From an uncultured Gammaproteobacteria bacterium (GTDB taxonomy: Bacteria > Pseudomonadota > Gammaproteobacteria > DRLM01), in contig CAVSNY010000004.1 in NCBI GenBank assembly GCA_963729605.1, positions 128,001-192,000 on the forward strand: a stretch of DNA of 64,000 nucleotides, given 5' to 3'. The notes beneath the pieces are model-generated. The model saw only the letters and a program-made list of their open reading frames with translations. It was not told the DNA's origin and did not search any database. Made by a program: the position numbers and the translations under genes. This document shows, in pieces, positions 1 through 9,369 of the stretch (position 1 is the first letter of the stretch; each line of letters begins with the position of its first letter).

Positions 1-1
1 G

Positions 2-2500
2 CCGGTCTTGCCCGGGTTCGCCTTGGAGTACCGACGCGACATCGTCGGCTACCGCGTCGCGCGGTACGAAATAATAGTTGCCGGCGGCGTCGCTAATGCC
101 GTGCGAAGCGAGGAACACCACCACCGTATCCTGGCCCCGGGCGTTTTGTATGAACTCCAAGGCCTCTTGCACCTTGGCCTTGTCGGGTTTGAGCACCGAC
201 AGATCGGACAAGACTTGGGAATGGACGCGCTGATAATAACCGCGTCCCGCTTGCTGCACTCGATCGGCGATCTCCTCCGCGTCCTGCGCGGCGAAACTGA
301 GATCGACCTCGCGATCCAGCTTGGGAAAATGATTGACGCCGATCGCCAGCAGATAAAGATCGCCGACCGGCGGCTTGAGGGTCGGCGCCGGCGCGGCGGA
401 CACCTGCCGTTCCGCGACCGCCATGGCCCGGTCGTTGAAGACCTCGATGCGTATCTTGTTCACCTTGTCAGTCAGCGCCAATGACATCTGGCGCGAGAAG
501 GCGCGGGTCTCCTTGGCGTTCAAGCGCCGTTCGTCGCGCGGCGTCACCGGCACGTTGTTGACATAAATCGCGTAGTCCTTCATGGGCAGGCTGTTCTGTT
601 CGACCGAGAATTTCAGGCTTAACATGGGCTGGCCGCGCCGCGCTTCGGCGACTTTTATCGTTTCGACGCGGATGCGCGGCGGGGCGATGGAGTCGAGTTG
701 CGTAATATCGAATTGCGCCAAGGCGCGGGTTTTGTTTTCACCGCGGTCCTTGAAGGCGGCGACCACCAGATCGGGCCGGTAGAGCACCCGCTCGAATTGC
801 ACGGCCCGATAAAAATCGGGCGTGGCGTCTTTGGCGCGATTGATATGCCAGCCGATGTAGTTATCTCCGTAGAGCGATGAGGCGTAGTAGCCGCTCGGTA
901 TCCACGCGATCCAATCCTCGCGGTTGCGGTGCGGAAACAGCGCGAGGATCTCGCCGCCGTCGCTCATCCGGTACCAGCGCAGCGTCCCGTCCGACAACGC
1001 GGCCACCGCCAGCCGGTTGTCGCCGGAGATGTTGACGCCCCGGACCGTGGCCGGCAGTTTGACCGACCAGCGCTGTTCGCCCGATTTATGATAAAGCCGC
1101 AGCGCCCATTCGGTACCGAACAACACCTGCTGCCGATCGGGGGCGATCGCGTAGCTGCGCGACACTTCGTAGGGATCGAGTTTCAGCGGCGTGCCGTTGA
1201 TGGCGGGCCGGTTGTCGTTTTGCCAGCGGCTGATGGTCAAGCCCGGCGCTTGCAATAGCGGCGCCAGCAGTTTTTGATCGGGGACGGTCTCGCCGCGCAG
1301 CCGCTGTTCTAATACCGAGTAGCGTCCAAACTCGGCGGCGTCCCGCCGGTAACCGAATTGCACGACGGCGCCGTCCATGGAAATCCGCAGGCTGCGCTGC
1401 GCGTCGCGGAAGTCGGCGATCTGCGGACCGACGTAGGCGCGGCGTTCGCCGCTGGCGGGGTCGAAGATGCCGATGGCCGGATCTTCCGCCACATATAAAA
1501 TATCGCCGCCCGGCAACACCCCGATTTGACTGATGCGCGCCTCGGCCGAGGCGATTTTGCGGATCGCGCCGCGGCCCATGTCGGCGATGCGATAAATCGG
1601 TGACGAGCCCGCGCCGCCGTAATCGCCGCCCGCATAAAGCGCCGTGCCGTCCGCCGACCAGGCCACGGTGGTGAGATTGACCTGATCGCGCAGTTCGGTG
1701 AAATGCGCCGAATAAAGCAGGGACAAGTCCCGCGCGGAGAGCACGCTGACCGCCGCGGCGTCGTGAAAACCCACGGCGATCTTTTCGCCGTCGGGCGAGA
1801 GCCGCGCGCCGAACGGCCGCTGGCCGGCGAGTCCGGTCTTGACCCGCCCGATCAACTGAAACTCGTCGTCGTAGAGCCGCACATAACCGTCGAGCGAGGT
1901 GCTGATCAGCCGGCCGGCGGGGGTGAACACCAGGCCGATGGTTTTGTCCTGATAATCCAGATCCCAGGCGATCTCACTGTAGTCGCTGGTTTGCAGCACG
2001 TGCAGCCCCTGTTTGCCCAGCAGGCCGAAGGCGAGATAACGTCCGTCGGGTGAATAGGCGAGCGGCCCGACCACTTCGTCCAGTCCGCCGATCCGGCCTT
2101 TGATGTCGCCGCTCAAGGCGTCGAGGAGATAAATCGCGCCTTTATTGTCCCATTCCCAGCCGGTCCAGCCGGCCACCGCGAGGGTGAGTCCATCGGGCGC
2201 GAGGGCGATGGTATAGAGCTGGCCCTCGTAGCCGCCGGCTATCGGTACGCGATAGGTCGCGACGGGGGCCAGCTCGGGCAATTGCCACACGCGTATCGTC
2301 TTGTCGTCGGAGACGGTGATGATGCGTTGTTGCCGGGTATCGTACGCCAGCGACTGGATGAAGGTGGTGTGATGGCCAGTCTCGATGCGCAGGATCGGCG
2401 CGGTGGATAACGCCTCGGCATGCACGGGCGGCGCCGGCAAGGTCACCAGCATTAATAGCAGCAGTCCCATGCCGAACGCCGAGAGGCGGATATCATTCAC
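2..2500 (-). CDS. Secreted WD40-repeat / caspase-family (peptidase C14) protein, 3' end outside the window
   Basis: Absent from the ORF track because it has no stop in the window. Manual translation from GTG at 2500 gives a signal-peptide-like N-terminus (..GMGLLLLMLVTLPAPPVHA), WD-like repeats (GHHTTFIQSLAY..IITVSDDKTIRVW; LAYSPDGRYLA; VAWSADGTALY) and a caspase-like domain (LYLLAIGVNHF..LSFAAQDAEEI..DTVVVFLASHG). The catalytic Cys would lie beyond the window edge. Confidence 0.85.
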   Translation of the reverse strand, partial: MNDIRLSAFGMGLLLLMLVTLPAPPVHAEALSTAPILRIETGHHTTFIQSLAYDTRQQRIITVSDDKTIRVWQLPELAPVATYRVPIAGGYEGQLYTIALAPDGLTLAVAGWTGWEWDNKGAIYLLDALSGDIKGRIGGLDEVVGPLAYSPDGRYLAFGLLGKQGLHVLQTSDYSEIAWDLDYQDKTIGLVFTPAGRLISTSLDGYVRLYDDEFQLIGRVKTGLAGQRPFGARLSPDGEKIAVGFHDAAAVSVLSARDLSLLYSAHFTELRDQVNLTTVAWSADGTALYAGGDYGGAGSSPIYRIADMGRGAIRKIASAEARISQIGVLPGGDILYVAEDPAIGIFDPASGERRAYVGPQIADFRDAQRSLRISMDGAVVQFGYRRDAAEFGRYSVLEQRLRGETVPDQKLLAPLLQAPGLTISRWQNDNRPAINGTPLKLDPYEVSRSYAIAPDRQQVLFGTEWALRLYHKSGEQRWSVKLPATVRGVNISGDNRLAVAALSDGTLRWYRMSDGGEILALFPHRNREDWIAWIPSGYYASSLYGDNYIGWHINRAKDATPDFYRAVQFERVLYRPDLVVAAFKDRGENKTRALAQFDITQLDSIAPPRIRVETIKVAEARRGQPMLSLKFSVEQNSLPMKDYAIYVNNVPVTPRDERRLNAKETRAFSRQMSLALTDKVNKIRIEVFNDRAMAVAERQVSAAPAPTLKPPVGDLYLLAIGVNHFPKLDREVDLSFAAQDAEEIADRVQQAGRGYYQRVHSQVLSDLSVLKPDKAKVQEALEFIQNARGQDTVVVFLASHGISDAAGNYYFVPRDAVADDVASVLQGEPGQDR

Positions 2501-2584
2501 GACGTTTACCTTTATTTGGGAAATCCCGCCACGCCGTTGCTCGACGAAATGCCTGCACGCCGGGCCGTCTTGCGTCTGGCCGCT

Positions 2585-5269
2585 TCATCGCGGCTTATAC
2601 AGCGCCACGCTGCGCGCGCAGATGTTCTCGCCGAACGGGCTGCTGCAAAAATAATTGTTGCTCAATCCCAGGCCGCGGATATAACGCGGCGCGGTGATGA
2701 CGTGATAACTCACCCGGAACACGTCCGCCACGGCGCCGGTCAAGGGGCTGTTGCGGCCGAGATCGGCGGTCTGCGCTATGCCGCGTCCGCCGTTGATCAG
2801 TCCATAGGCCACGAAGCTTTGATTGCCGCGGGTGCGTTCGCGCGTTGCGCCCCCGCCCTGACCGCAGACGCCCGCGCCGGTTTGGCCTAATAGCAACTCC
2901 GGATCGTCATTGGCCGCGCGCGGTTTGAATTCCGGTAATGCCTGGTCGCCCTGATGGCCCGAGCCCGATGGGCGCAGCGCGCAGTCCTGAGTGACGATGC
3001 GGGTTTCAAGCTTGTTTTTCGGCGCGCCGTCGGCATTGCGGTTGCCGGCCGGTTGCGTTTTGCGATCACCCAGCAGGCCGGCGATCAGCAGCGGTGTATC
3101 GCCCGCGGTGCCTTGCGGGGCGGAGACGATTTCGACGGGCCCGTCATCGGGTATCTCGCCCGCGATGTCTGCACCCGCGGCCAATCCATCCTGCGGCAGA
3201 CGCCCCGGCGCGCTGGCTACGCCGCCGACACCGCCCGCACCACCACCGGCACCACCACCGGCACCACCACCGGCACCACCACCGGCACCACCACCGGCAC
3301 CACCACCGGCACCACCGGCACCACCGGCACCACCGGCACCACCGGCACCACCGGCACCACCGGCACCACCGGCACCACCGGCACCACCGGCACCCATGCC
3401 GCTGGTGCTGTAACTGTACATGACGGTGCCGCTACCGAAGGAACCCGCGCCGCCCAAGGCCTGGAAATTACCGCCGAACTGTAGTTCAGGATAAAGACCC
3501 AGCAAAAAGGGATTGGGAATACGCAATTCCAGTAAACCGTCGCGGCGCGGAGTGAGCCTGAAATCGGGTATGAGATAGGGATCGGCTTCCAATTCCGAAT
3601 CCGCGCCCAACTCCACGCGGATGAGTTCCACGGGCATCATCAAAGAGGCGCGCGGTTGCAGCAATAAATTATCGACCGATTGGCCGATGCTGGTATTGAC
3701 GCGGCTGACCGCGCGTTCTTCCGCGCGCGCCGTCTCCAGCGGCCGCGTCGGGCCGTCATCGGCGGTGACGATGATGGCATCGCCCCGCGGAACATTCGGC
3801 GTCTCCGCGTCATTAGGCGCGGGCAGGCTGTCGTCGACGGCCGTCCCATCGTTATTACCGGCGGACGGGGTGGGGTCGGATACGGGTACCGATTCGACGT
3901 TTGTCCGGATCGGTTCCGGGCTCCTTAACAACAGTCCGGCCTTGCCGTTCGGCGCGCCGACGTCGACGAAACCGCCGAAATTAAGCGTCTTGCCCGCGGC
4001 GAGTTCCACCAGGCCGCCGTCGCCGCTCTTGTTGCCGCCGCGGGCGTAGATGCCGCCGAGGAATTCGACGGTCTCGTCCGCCCACACCCGCACTTCGCCG
4101 CCGTTGCCGTTTTCACCGCCGTCGGCGAAGAGGCGCGCCTCTTTATCGATGGTCGTGCGTTCGGCGGTAGTGAAACGGCGGTCTTCGACTCGATCGGCAC
4201 CGATCGATATCAAGCCGCCGCCGCTCCGGCCGCTGGCGTCGACCATCGCGTTATTACCGAGATGCACCGTGTCGCCGAGTATCTTGATGGTCCCGCCGCC
4301 CGCCGCATCGCCCGCGCGGGTCGATAAGGCGGTATCGGCCGCGGCGGCATTGAGTTCGCCGTGCACCTCCACCGCGCCGCCCGCGCCGTGCAGGACGATG
4401 ACGCCCGGCTGCTCGGTGAAACTCCGCGCGCTGATGACGCCGTTCATGTTGATGACCTTGTCGACGATGTCTTTGGCCGCGCCGGCGGTGATCAGCAGCA
4501 CGTCGCCGCCGTCGGCTTGCAGGCGGCCGCTTTGTTCTATGAGGGCCTTCACCGGCAGACCGTCGGCGTCGACCAAGGTGTCCGTCACTTTGTCATCGAC
4601 GGCCAGATTCACCAGCCGATCGCCGAATAAATCCAGGGTGAATACCGTGCCCGAGGCCAGGGCCACCTTGCCGAAATTGGCTTGAATCAGTCCGGAGTTC
4701 TGCACGCCCGGCGCCACCAAGGCCACCAGTCCGCCGTTGCGCGCGGTGATCCGCCCTTGATTGACGACACGGGCGCCGCCGGCACCCGCTTGCGCGAAGT
4801 TGTATTGACCGGCCATGAAATCCTTGTTGGACAGATTGGCGGTGGTCGCGAGCAAACCGCCGACGTTGATCTCCGCCTTCGGTCCGAACACGATGCCGCT
4901 GGGATTGATCAGAAACACCCGGCCGTCCGCGTTAAGCTTGCCTAAAATGTGGGACACGCCGCCGCCGTTGACCCGGTTGAGCATGACGTAATCTGGTTTG
5001 GCTTGCACAAAATTGACCGCCTCCGTTTCACCGATGTCGAAGGTCTTCCAATCGATCACCGCGCGTTCGGTGAATTGGGTGATGGTCCGGATATTGGTAT
5101 CGTTGCTTCGATCGATCACCGCTTCACCAGCGCTGACTTGCCCGCCCTCGGGCAAGGCCTGCGCCGGGCCGCCGCTAAGATTGGCGGCCAAGATCGCCGC
5201 GCCGAGCAGGCTGAGCCGGAAGCCGGTCGGGCCGTGGTGAATATTTGTCGTGTCGTATTGAGCGCGCAT
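2585..5269 (-). CDS. TpsA-like exoprotein with filamentous haemagglutinin N-terminal secretion domain and Gly/Ala-rich tract
   Basis: Signal peptide ending AQA-LPEGGQVSAG, followed by IDWKTFDIG..VNFVQ..LNRV..GRVFLINPSGIVFG, typical of the TPS domain. Lies directly downstream of a TpsB gene. Confidence 0.9.
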   Translation of the reverse strand: MRAQYDTTNIHHGPTGFRLSLLGAAILAANLSGGPAQALPEGGQVSAGEAVIDRSNDTNIRTITQFTERAVIDWKTFDIGETEAVNFVQAKPDYVMLNRVNGGGVSHILGKLNADGRVFLINPSGIVFGPKAEINVGGLLATTANLSNKDFMAGQYNFAQAGAGGARVVNQGRITARNGGLVALVAPGVQNSGLIQANFGKVALASGTVFTLDLFGDRLVNLAVDDKVTDTLVDADGLPVKALIEQSGRLQADGGDVLLITAGAAKDIVDKVINMNGVISARSFTEQPGVIVLHGAGGAVEVHGELNAAAADTALSTRAGDAAGGGTIKILGDTVHLGNNAMVDASGRSGGGLISIGADRVEDRRFTTAERTTIDKEARLFADGGENGNGGEVRVWADETVEFLGGIYARGGNKSGDGGLVELAAGKTLNFGGFVDVGAPNGKAGLLLRSPEPIRTNVESVPVSDPTPSAGNNDGTAVDDSLPAPNDAETPNVPRGDAIIVTADDGPTRPLETARAEERAVSRVNTSIGQSVDNLLLQPRASLMMPVELIRVELGADSELEADPYLIPDFRLTPRRDGLLELRIPNPFLLGLYPELQFGGNFQALGGAGSFGSGTVMYSYSTSGMGAGGAGGAGGAGGAGGAGGAGGAGGAGGAGGGAGGGAGGGAGGGAGGGAGGGAGGVGGVASAPGRLPQDGLAAGADIAGEIPDDGPVEIVSAPQGTAGDTPLLIAGLLGDRKTQPAGNRNADGAPKNKLETRIVTQDCALRPSGSGHQGDQALPEFKPRAANDDPELLLGQTGAGVCGQGGGATRERTRGNQSFVAYGLINGGRGIAQTADLGRNSPLTGAVADVFRVSYHVITAPRYIRGLGLSNNYFCSSPFGENICARSVALYKPR
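3237..3389 (+). repeat. Perfect coding tandem repeat: (GCACCACCACCG)x6 then (GCACCACCG)x9
   Basis: Counted directly. Encodes (GGA)9(GGGA)6 in the minus-strand TpsA protein. Confidence 0.95.
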
Positions 5270-5300
5270 CGCTTTTTCCTCCGCCGAATGCCGGCTATGC

Positions 5301-6989
5301 TTAAAATCGTTTCGAGAACCCGCCGAAAATCCGCGGGTCGTCGTCGCCCTCGTTCTCCACCAGGCGAGTGGTCGGTTTGGCGATCTCGATAAAACCGGAA
5401 AATCCTTGATTCAAGCTGAGACGCACGCCCAAGCCCACCGCCGCGGCCGATTCGGATTTTTTCTGATCCTGTGCGTCGCGCCGCCATACTTTTCCGAAAT
5501 CGTAATAACCGTAGACGGTGTAGCTCCGCGCGAAACTCTGTTTGAGCGCGTTGCTGTAGCGCGGCTCGATCTTGAGCGCCACGCCGGAGTCGCCCACCAA
5601 TTCCGACGGGTCGTAACCACGCCCGAACGGTTCGCCGCCGAAGGAAAATTGCTCCGCGCCCAATAAGGCGTTGTAGGCCAGTTGGCCGTTGGCGGCCAAC
5701 AAGACCGACCAGGCATTGGCGACATCCTGCAAGCGCGCGGCGTAAAGAGTCAGTTTCCTGAAATCGCTGTGGCCGTCGGCGCGCGACAAAGACGCCGAAC
5801 CGGTTTCGGTGGCGCCCAGGATATCCAGGCCTTGACTGAATTCGGCGTCGAGGATGTTGATGCCGCGCCAACGGTCGGCGTTGTCGAAGGTGATGCCCGC
5901 CCGCAGCGCCCGCAAGCGGTCTTCGCTGAGGTTGATGCCGGCGAAATCGGTCTTGCCGTCATGCACGGTGAAGCTGCCGCGCAGATAGAGATTGCGGGTG
6001 CGGCTGCGTATCACGGGATGGCTATAACTCAAGGCGCCCATCACCGATTCGGATTGCAGATCCGGCGGCAGGTTTTCGGTCTCTTGCGGTTCGGCGCGCG
6101 CATAACTCAGGTTGACGCCGAACCGGCCGCCTTCGTCGCCGGCGCGGATGTCGTGCAGCAGGGCGATGAAATTCAATTCTTGGTTGGCGGTGGTGGCGGC
6201 GCGCAGGCCCGAATGCTCATAACGTCCGAGCGCCGAATAGAAATCGGCGCCGGCATTGACACGCCACGGCCCCAGTGAACGGCTGTTGCGGTTGTTGACG
6301 CCGAGGTCGGCGGAAAATTTATCCTGGGTGAGCGTGATCAGCAGATCGGAGGCGCCGGCCACGCTCTGCGAAGGCGACAGCGTCGCCCGGGCCACCATGC
6401 CGCCGAGATCATTGATCAGCAATAAATAGCGTTCCAGCGCCTGCGCGCGCAGGGGCCGCGACCGTTTGATTTTTTCCGCGTAGGCCTGCAATACTTCAGG
6501 TGGGCCGTTCACCGCGCCTTCCAGTTTGACTTGATCGACGAAACCTTCGATCACCCGCAGCCGCGCCAGGCCTTGTTCAAGAATAATCTTCTGTTCCGGC
6601 ACGATGACCTGCGAAAGTATGTAGCCGTCGTTGCGGTACTTCGCGGTGATCTCATTGGCCAAGTCATAGATTTGTAAAAGCGTGATCTCTTTGTCGAGCA
6701 AATCGGCGAAGAAGGAACGCAAGCCCGCTTCGGGATAAACCGTGACGCCCTCGATGATGACCTGCCTTAACACGAAGCGGACCGCATCGGCCTTCAACGG
6801 GGCCTTTGGTTCCTGCGCCGGCGGTTCCACCACCGGCTGCGGCGTGGAACGCGGCTTGGGTGGTTCGCGGAATTGTTTTTCTATCTGGCCGGGTTGCGCC
6901 GCGCCCGGGGTCTGCGCGCCGGCGGCCGCGCCCCAGGCCAGGGCCGCGATCATCAATGGTATCGTGAGTCTTGTGTTCAAGGTATTCAC
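5301..6989 (-). CDS. ShlB/FhaC/HecB-family two-partner secretion transporter (TpsB)
   Basis: Signal peptide, POTRA motif (ANEITAKYRNDGYILSQV..RVIEG), loop-6-like FSFGGEPFGRGY, C-terminal Phe. Confidence 0.92.
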   Translation of the reverse strand: MNTLNTRLTIPLMIAALAWGAAAGAQTPGAAQPGQIEKQFREPPKPRSTPQPVVEPPAQEPKAPLKADAVRFVLRQVIIEGVTVYPEAGLRSFFADLLDKEITLLQIYDLANEITAKYRNDGYILSQVIVPEQKIILEQGLARLRVIEGFVDQVKLEGAVNGPPEVLQAYAEKIKRSRPLRAQALERYLLLINDLGGMVARATLSPSQSVAGASDLLITLTQDKFSADLGVNNRNSRSLGPWRVNAGADFYSALGRYEHSGLRAATTANQELNFIALLHDIRAGDEGGRFGVNLSYARAEPQETENLPPDLQSESVMGALSYSHPVIRSRTRNLYLRGSFTVHDGKTDFAGINLSEDRLRALRAGITFDNADRWRGINILDAEFSQGLDILGATETGSASLSRADGHSDFRKLTLYAARLQDVANAWSVLLAANGQLAYNALLGAEQFSFGGEPFGRGYDPSELVGDSGVALKIEPRYSNALKQSFARSYTVYGYYDFGKVWRRDAQDQKKSESAAAVGLGVRLSLNQGFSGFIEIAKPTTRLVENEGDDDPRIFGGFSKRF

Positions 6990-7045
6990 CGTCTCTTCCT
7001 CGCCATAAAAATCCCGCTCGATTCAGTCACAGTGTTCGTGTTCAT

Positions 7046-7408
7046 CTATTTAATCAGGCAGGTCGCGCCGCCTTTGGTATCGAATAAATACAGCGTCGTC
7101 TTGTGATCCGCTTTGCCGGTAAAGATCACGTCGCCGCCGCTCAAGTCCGGGGGCAGGGCGGTGACGGCCTCTTCGAAGATGAGGCGGCCGTATTGCCAGC
7201 AGCGGAGGTAATGGTGGTCGTCGCTCGGTTTTTTGTCCGCGAAATTTTTCTTCTCATCCTTGGGCTTTTTTTCCGAGAGAGACAGGTCCGGCGCCGATTG
7301 CGTCGATATCGTTTTAGCCGCTTGATCGTTAGCGCCGGCGTGTGCGGCCGGCGCCAAGGCGATCAACAGCGCGATGACGATTGGATTTTGCATGCCCTGG
7401 ATATTCAT
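7046..7408 (-). CDS. Small secreted hypothetical protein with two Cys
   Basis: Probable start MNIQGM; signal peptide ending AAHA; C-terminal domain YLRCWQYGRLIFEE..GGATCLIK. Co-oriented and tightly spaced in the operon. Confidence 0.75.
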   Translation of the reverse strand: MNIQGMQNPIVIALLIALAPAAHAGANDQAAKTISTQSAPDLSLSEKKPKDEKKNFADKKPSDDHHYLRCWQYGRLIFEEAVTALPPDLSGGDVIFTGKADHKTTLYLFDTKGGATCLIK

Positions 7409-7419
7409 GGCGCGACCCT

Positions 7420-8958
7420 TCAATTGCTGATTTCGATGTTGTAATACGCCTGTCCGATGCCCGGACCGGAACCCGCCGCGAAGGCCTGTTGAACTTGTTC
7501 AAGGGACTTGGCCGGCAAGGGTTCGAAGTCGGTGCCGCGCACGACTTCCGGCAAGCTGGGCAATGCATCCTGAGGGGTGGCGAAACACGCGACGGATTCG
7601 CGTTTTCCGTTCTCGCTCGCCACCAATTGAAAACGCATGGCGCCGGGTAATTGCAGCGGCCGGCCCGCGGGAACCAGGGCGTCGTGGGTGAAGCGATTGG
7701 GAAAGAAACGCTGCACCCGCTGGTATTCATCATGCATGAAACAATAGACGTAGGCGTCCCGATCGGTTTTCACCGAGAGGGTGATCAATTCGCCGCGCTT
7801 GTGCGCCCCGGCCTTACCCGAACCGGTGATGGTGAGCTGTATGGGTTGCGGCGCCGGCTGCCGTGCCGTATCGCTCGCAGCGGCGGCCGGCGGATTGCCG
7901 GGCGCGCCGGTGAGCAATTGCGTGAACAAGGGTAGATCGGCCTTCAATTCCTCGCTCATGCCGAGCGCGATCCGTTGCCCGATCACTGCCTGGGCCAGTA
8001 GCGGATTGCCGGCGCCGTCGACCGGGCCGTTGTAATAGCCGCGCATGCGCAGACGGCTCTGCAGGAAGGAAACCAGTTCGCCGCCGTCGGCCTCCATGGA
8101 ATAAAACCAGTCGGCGATTTCGGTTTGCACCGTCTCATCGCCGTGGTCGACGCCCAGACATTGCCAATAGGGCACCTTGGTCAATTTTCCGAACAGTTCG
8201 ATGGCGGCGAGTTCCACCAGATTGCGCAAGGCCTGCGCGTTGCCTTCCGCCTCGCTCAAGGTGGCGCCGAAGGTGATGCCGAATTTCTTGTATTGCGCGT
8301 CGGTGTCCAGGCCCTTGCCGCTTTTGTAAATCAACACGGCGTTGCGTGAGGTGACACCGGAGACGATGGATAAATCGCTGGTGTTGAGGATGGTGAGGTC
8401 CAACCCGAGGATGGTGGCCGCGCCGGAACGACCCGAGCCGAGGCTGAAATTCTCGCCGTGCGCCAAACCGAATTCCACCGATTTCTTGGCGATGTTGTCG
8501 TCGAATTGACTGATGGAACCCTTCACATCGTATTGCGGCACGATGGCATAGGCGTTCTTGCGTTCGGCGGCTTGCAGAAAACTGATTAAATTGCCGGAAT
8601 CCTGGCCATAGGCGATGAGCCGTATCGCGCGGCTGCGCTTGGTCATGTCGGATACCGCTGAGATCAACATATCCTTGGTGCCGGCGTTGACCTTTTTGGT
8701 CTGGTCCACCAGATCCTCCACCAGCACCGAGACATCGCGCACGCCGTGGCTGATCAGCAAGTCGTCCATGCAGCGCAAAGCCGAGGAAAAGTTGGTAATA
8801 GAGCGGAACGGTTTTTGTTGCGGACCCTGTTTGAGTTTGTTGGTCGATTCGAGCACCTGTTTCTTCACGCCGGTGCTGCTGCAACCGGACAGCAGGCCGC
8901 CGGCCAATAAAAGACTGAGACCAAGCATGCCCATGTAACGAAGGTATGACGTGTTCAT
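7420..8958 (-). CDS. Lipoprotein with CsgG/HfaB-like domain, peptidoglycan-binding segment and DUF4384-like C-terminal domain
   Basis: Lipobox LLSG-C. N-domain TNFSSALRCMD..GTKDMLISAVS..VKGSISQFD..LGLDL resembles CsgG/HfaB. LQSRLRMRGYYNGPVDG resembles PG_binding_1. GELITLSVKTDRDAYVYCF..RFFPN resembles DUF4384. Confidence 0.75.
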   Translation of the reverse strand: MNTSYLRYMGMLGLSLLLAGGLLSGCSSTGVKKQVLESTNKLKQGPQQKPFRSITNFSSALRCMDDLLISHGVRDVSVLVEDLVDQTKKVNAGTKDMLISAVSDMTKRSRAIRLIAYGQDSGNLISFLQAAERKNAYAIVPQYDVKGSISQFDDNIAKKSVEFGLAHGENFSLGSGRSGAATILGLDLTILNTSDLSIVSGVTSRNAVLIYKSGKGLDTDAQYKKFGITFGATLSEAEGNAQALRNLVELAAIELFGKLTKVPYWQCLGVDHGDETVQTEIADWFYSMEADGGELVSFLQSRLRMRGYYNGPVDGAGNPLLAQAVIGQRIALGMSEELKADLPLFTQLLTGAPGNPPAAAASDTARQPAPQPIQLTITGSGKAGAHKRGELITLSVKTDRDAYVYCFMHDEYQRVQRFFPNRFTHDALVPAGRPLQLPGAMRFQLVASENGKRESVACFATPQDALPSLPEVVRGTDFEPLPAKSLEQVQQAFAAGSGPGIGQAYYNIEISN

Positions 8959-8974
8959 GATTGCCTCTGCCTAT

Positions 8975-9295
8975 TCAGTTCTTGCACTTGTTGTTGGCGT
9001 TGATCACGTCGCCGGTGATCACCACCACGATTTCCTTGGGCGCCTTGCCCGGTTTGTTGTTGCCCACCGAGTTGCCGATATCCACCCCGCCGCAGCTGCC
9101 GCTCTCGTTTTGCGCTTCGGCGGAACTGGCTTCGACGCTTTGTCTCAGCGAGGTTTGCTTGGCCTTGTGCTTGGCGACCTTGGCCCGCAACAAGTCGTCC
9201 ATGTCGCTGACCTCGGTCTCGACGGCCTGGGCCTGCGCCGACAACAGCAGCAATAAGGTGCCGACCATGCCTGCCCGGATAAGAAAAGTTTTCAT
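8975..9295 (-). CDS. Small secreted protein with Cys-bracketed C-terminal beta-rich segment
   Basis: Probable start MKTFLIR with GGAGG RBS; signal peptide ending AQA; C-terminus CGGVDIGN..EIVVVITGDVINANNKC. Confidence 0.8.
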   Translation of the reverse strand: MKTFLIRAGMVGTLLLLLSAQAQAVETEVSDMDDLLRAKVAKHKAKQTSLRQSVEASSAEAQNESGSCGGVDIGNSVGNNKPGKAPKEIVVVITGDVINANNKCKN

Positions 9296-9329
9296 GATCG
9301 GCCTCCACGGTGATGTTCTGTTCAAAACG

Positions 9330-9358
9330 CCTCGCCGTAATGCGGCATTACGGCGAGG
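9330..9358 (-). terminator. Perfect 13-bp stem-loop after the repeat-protein gene (terminator or mRNA stabiliser)
   Basis: CCTCGCCGTAATG-CGG-CATTACGGCGAGG, followed on the minus strand by CGTTTT. Confidence 0.7.
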
Positions 9359-9369
9359 ATGAGTCGCAA

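Noticed and set aside
2954-3484. Poly-Thr/Gly, poly-Pro/Ala and poly-His/Arg ORFs
   Set aside because: Alternative frames of the tandem repeat inside the TpsA gene.
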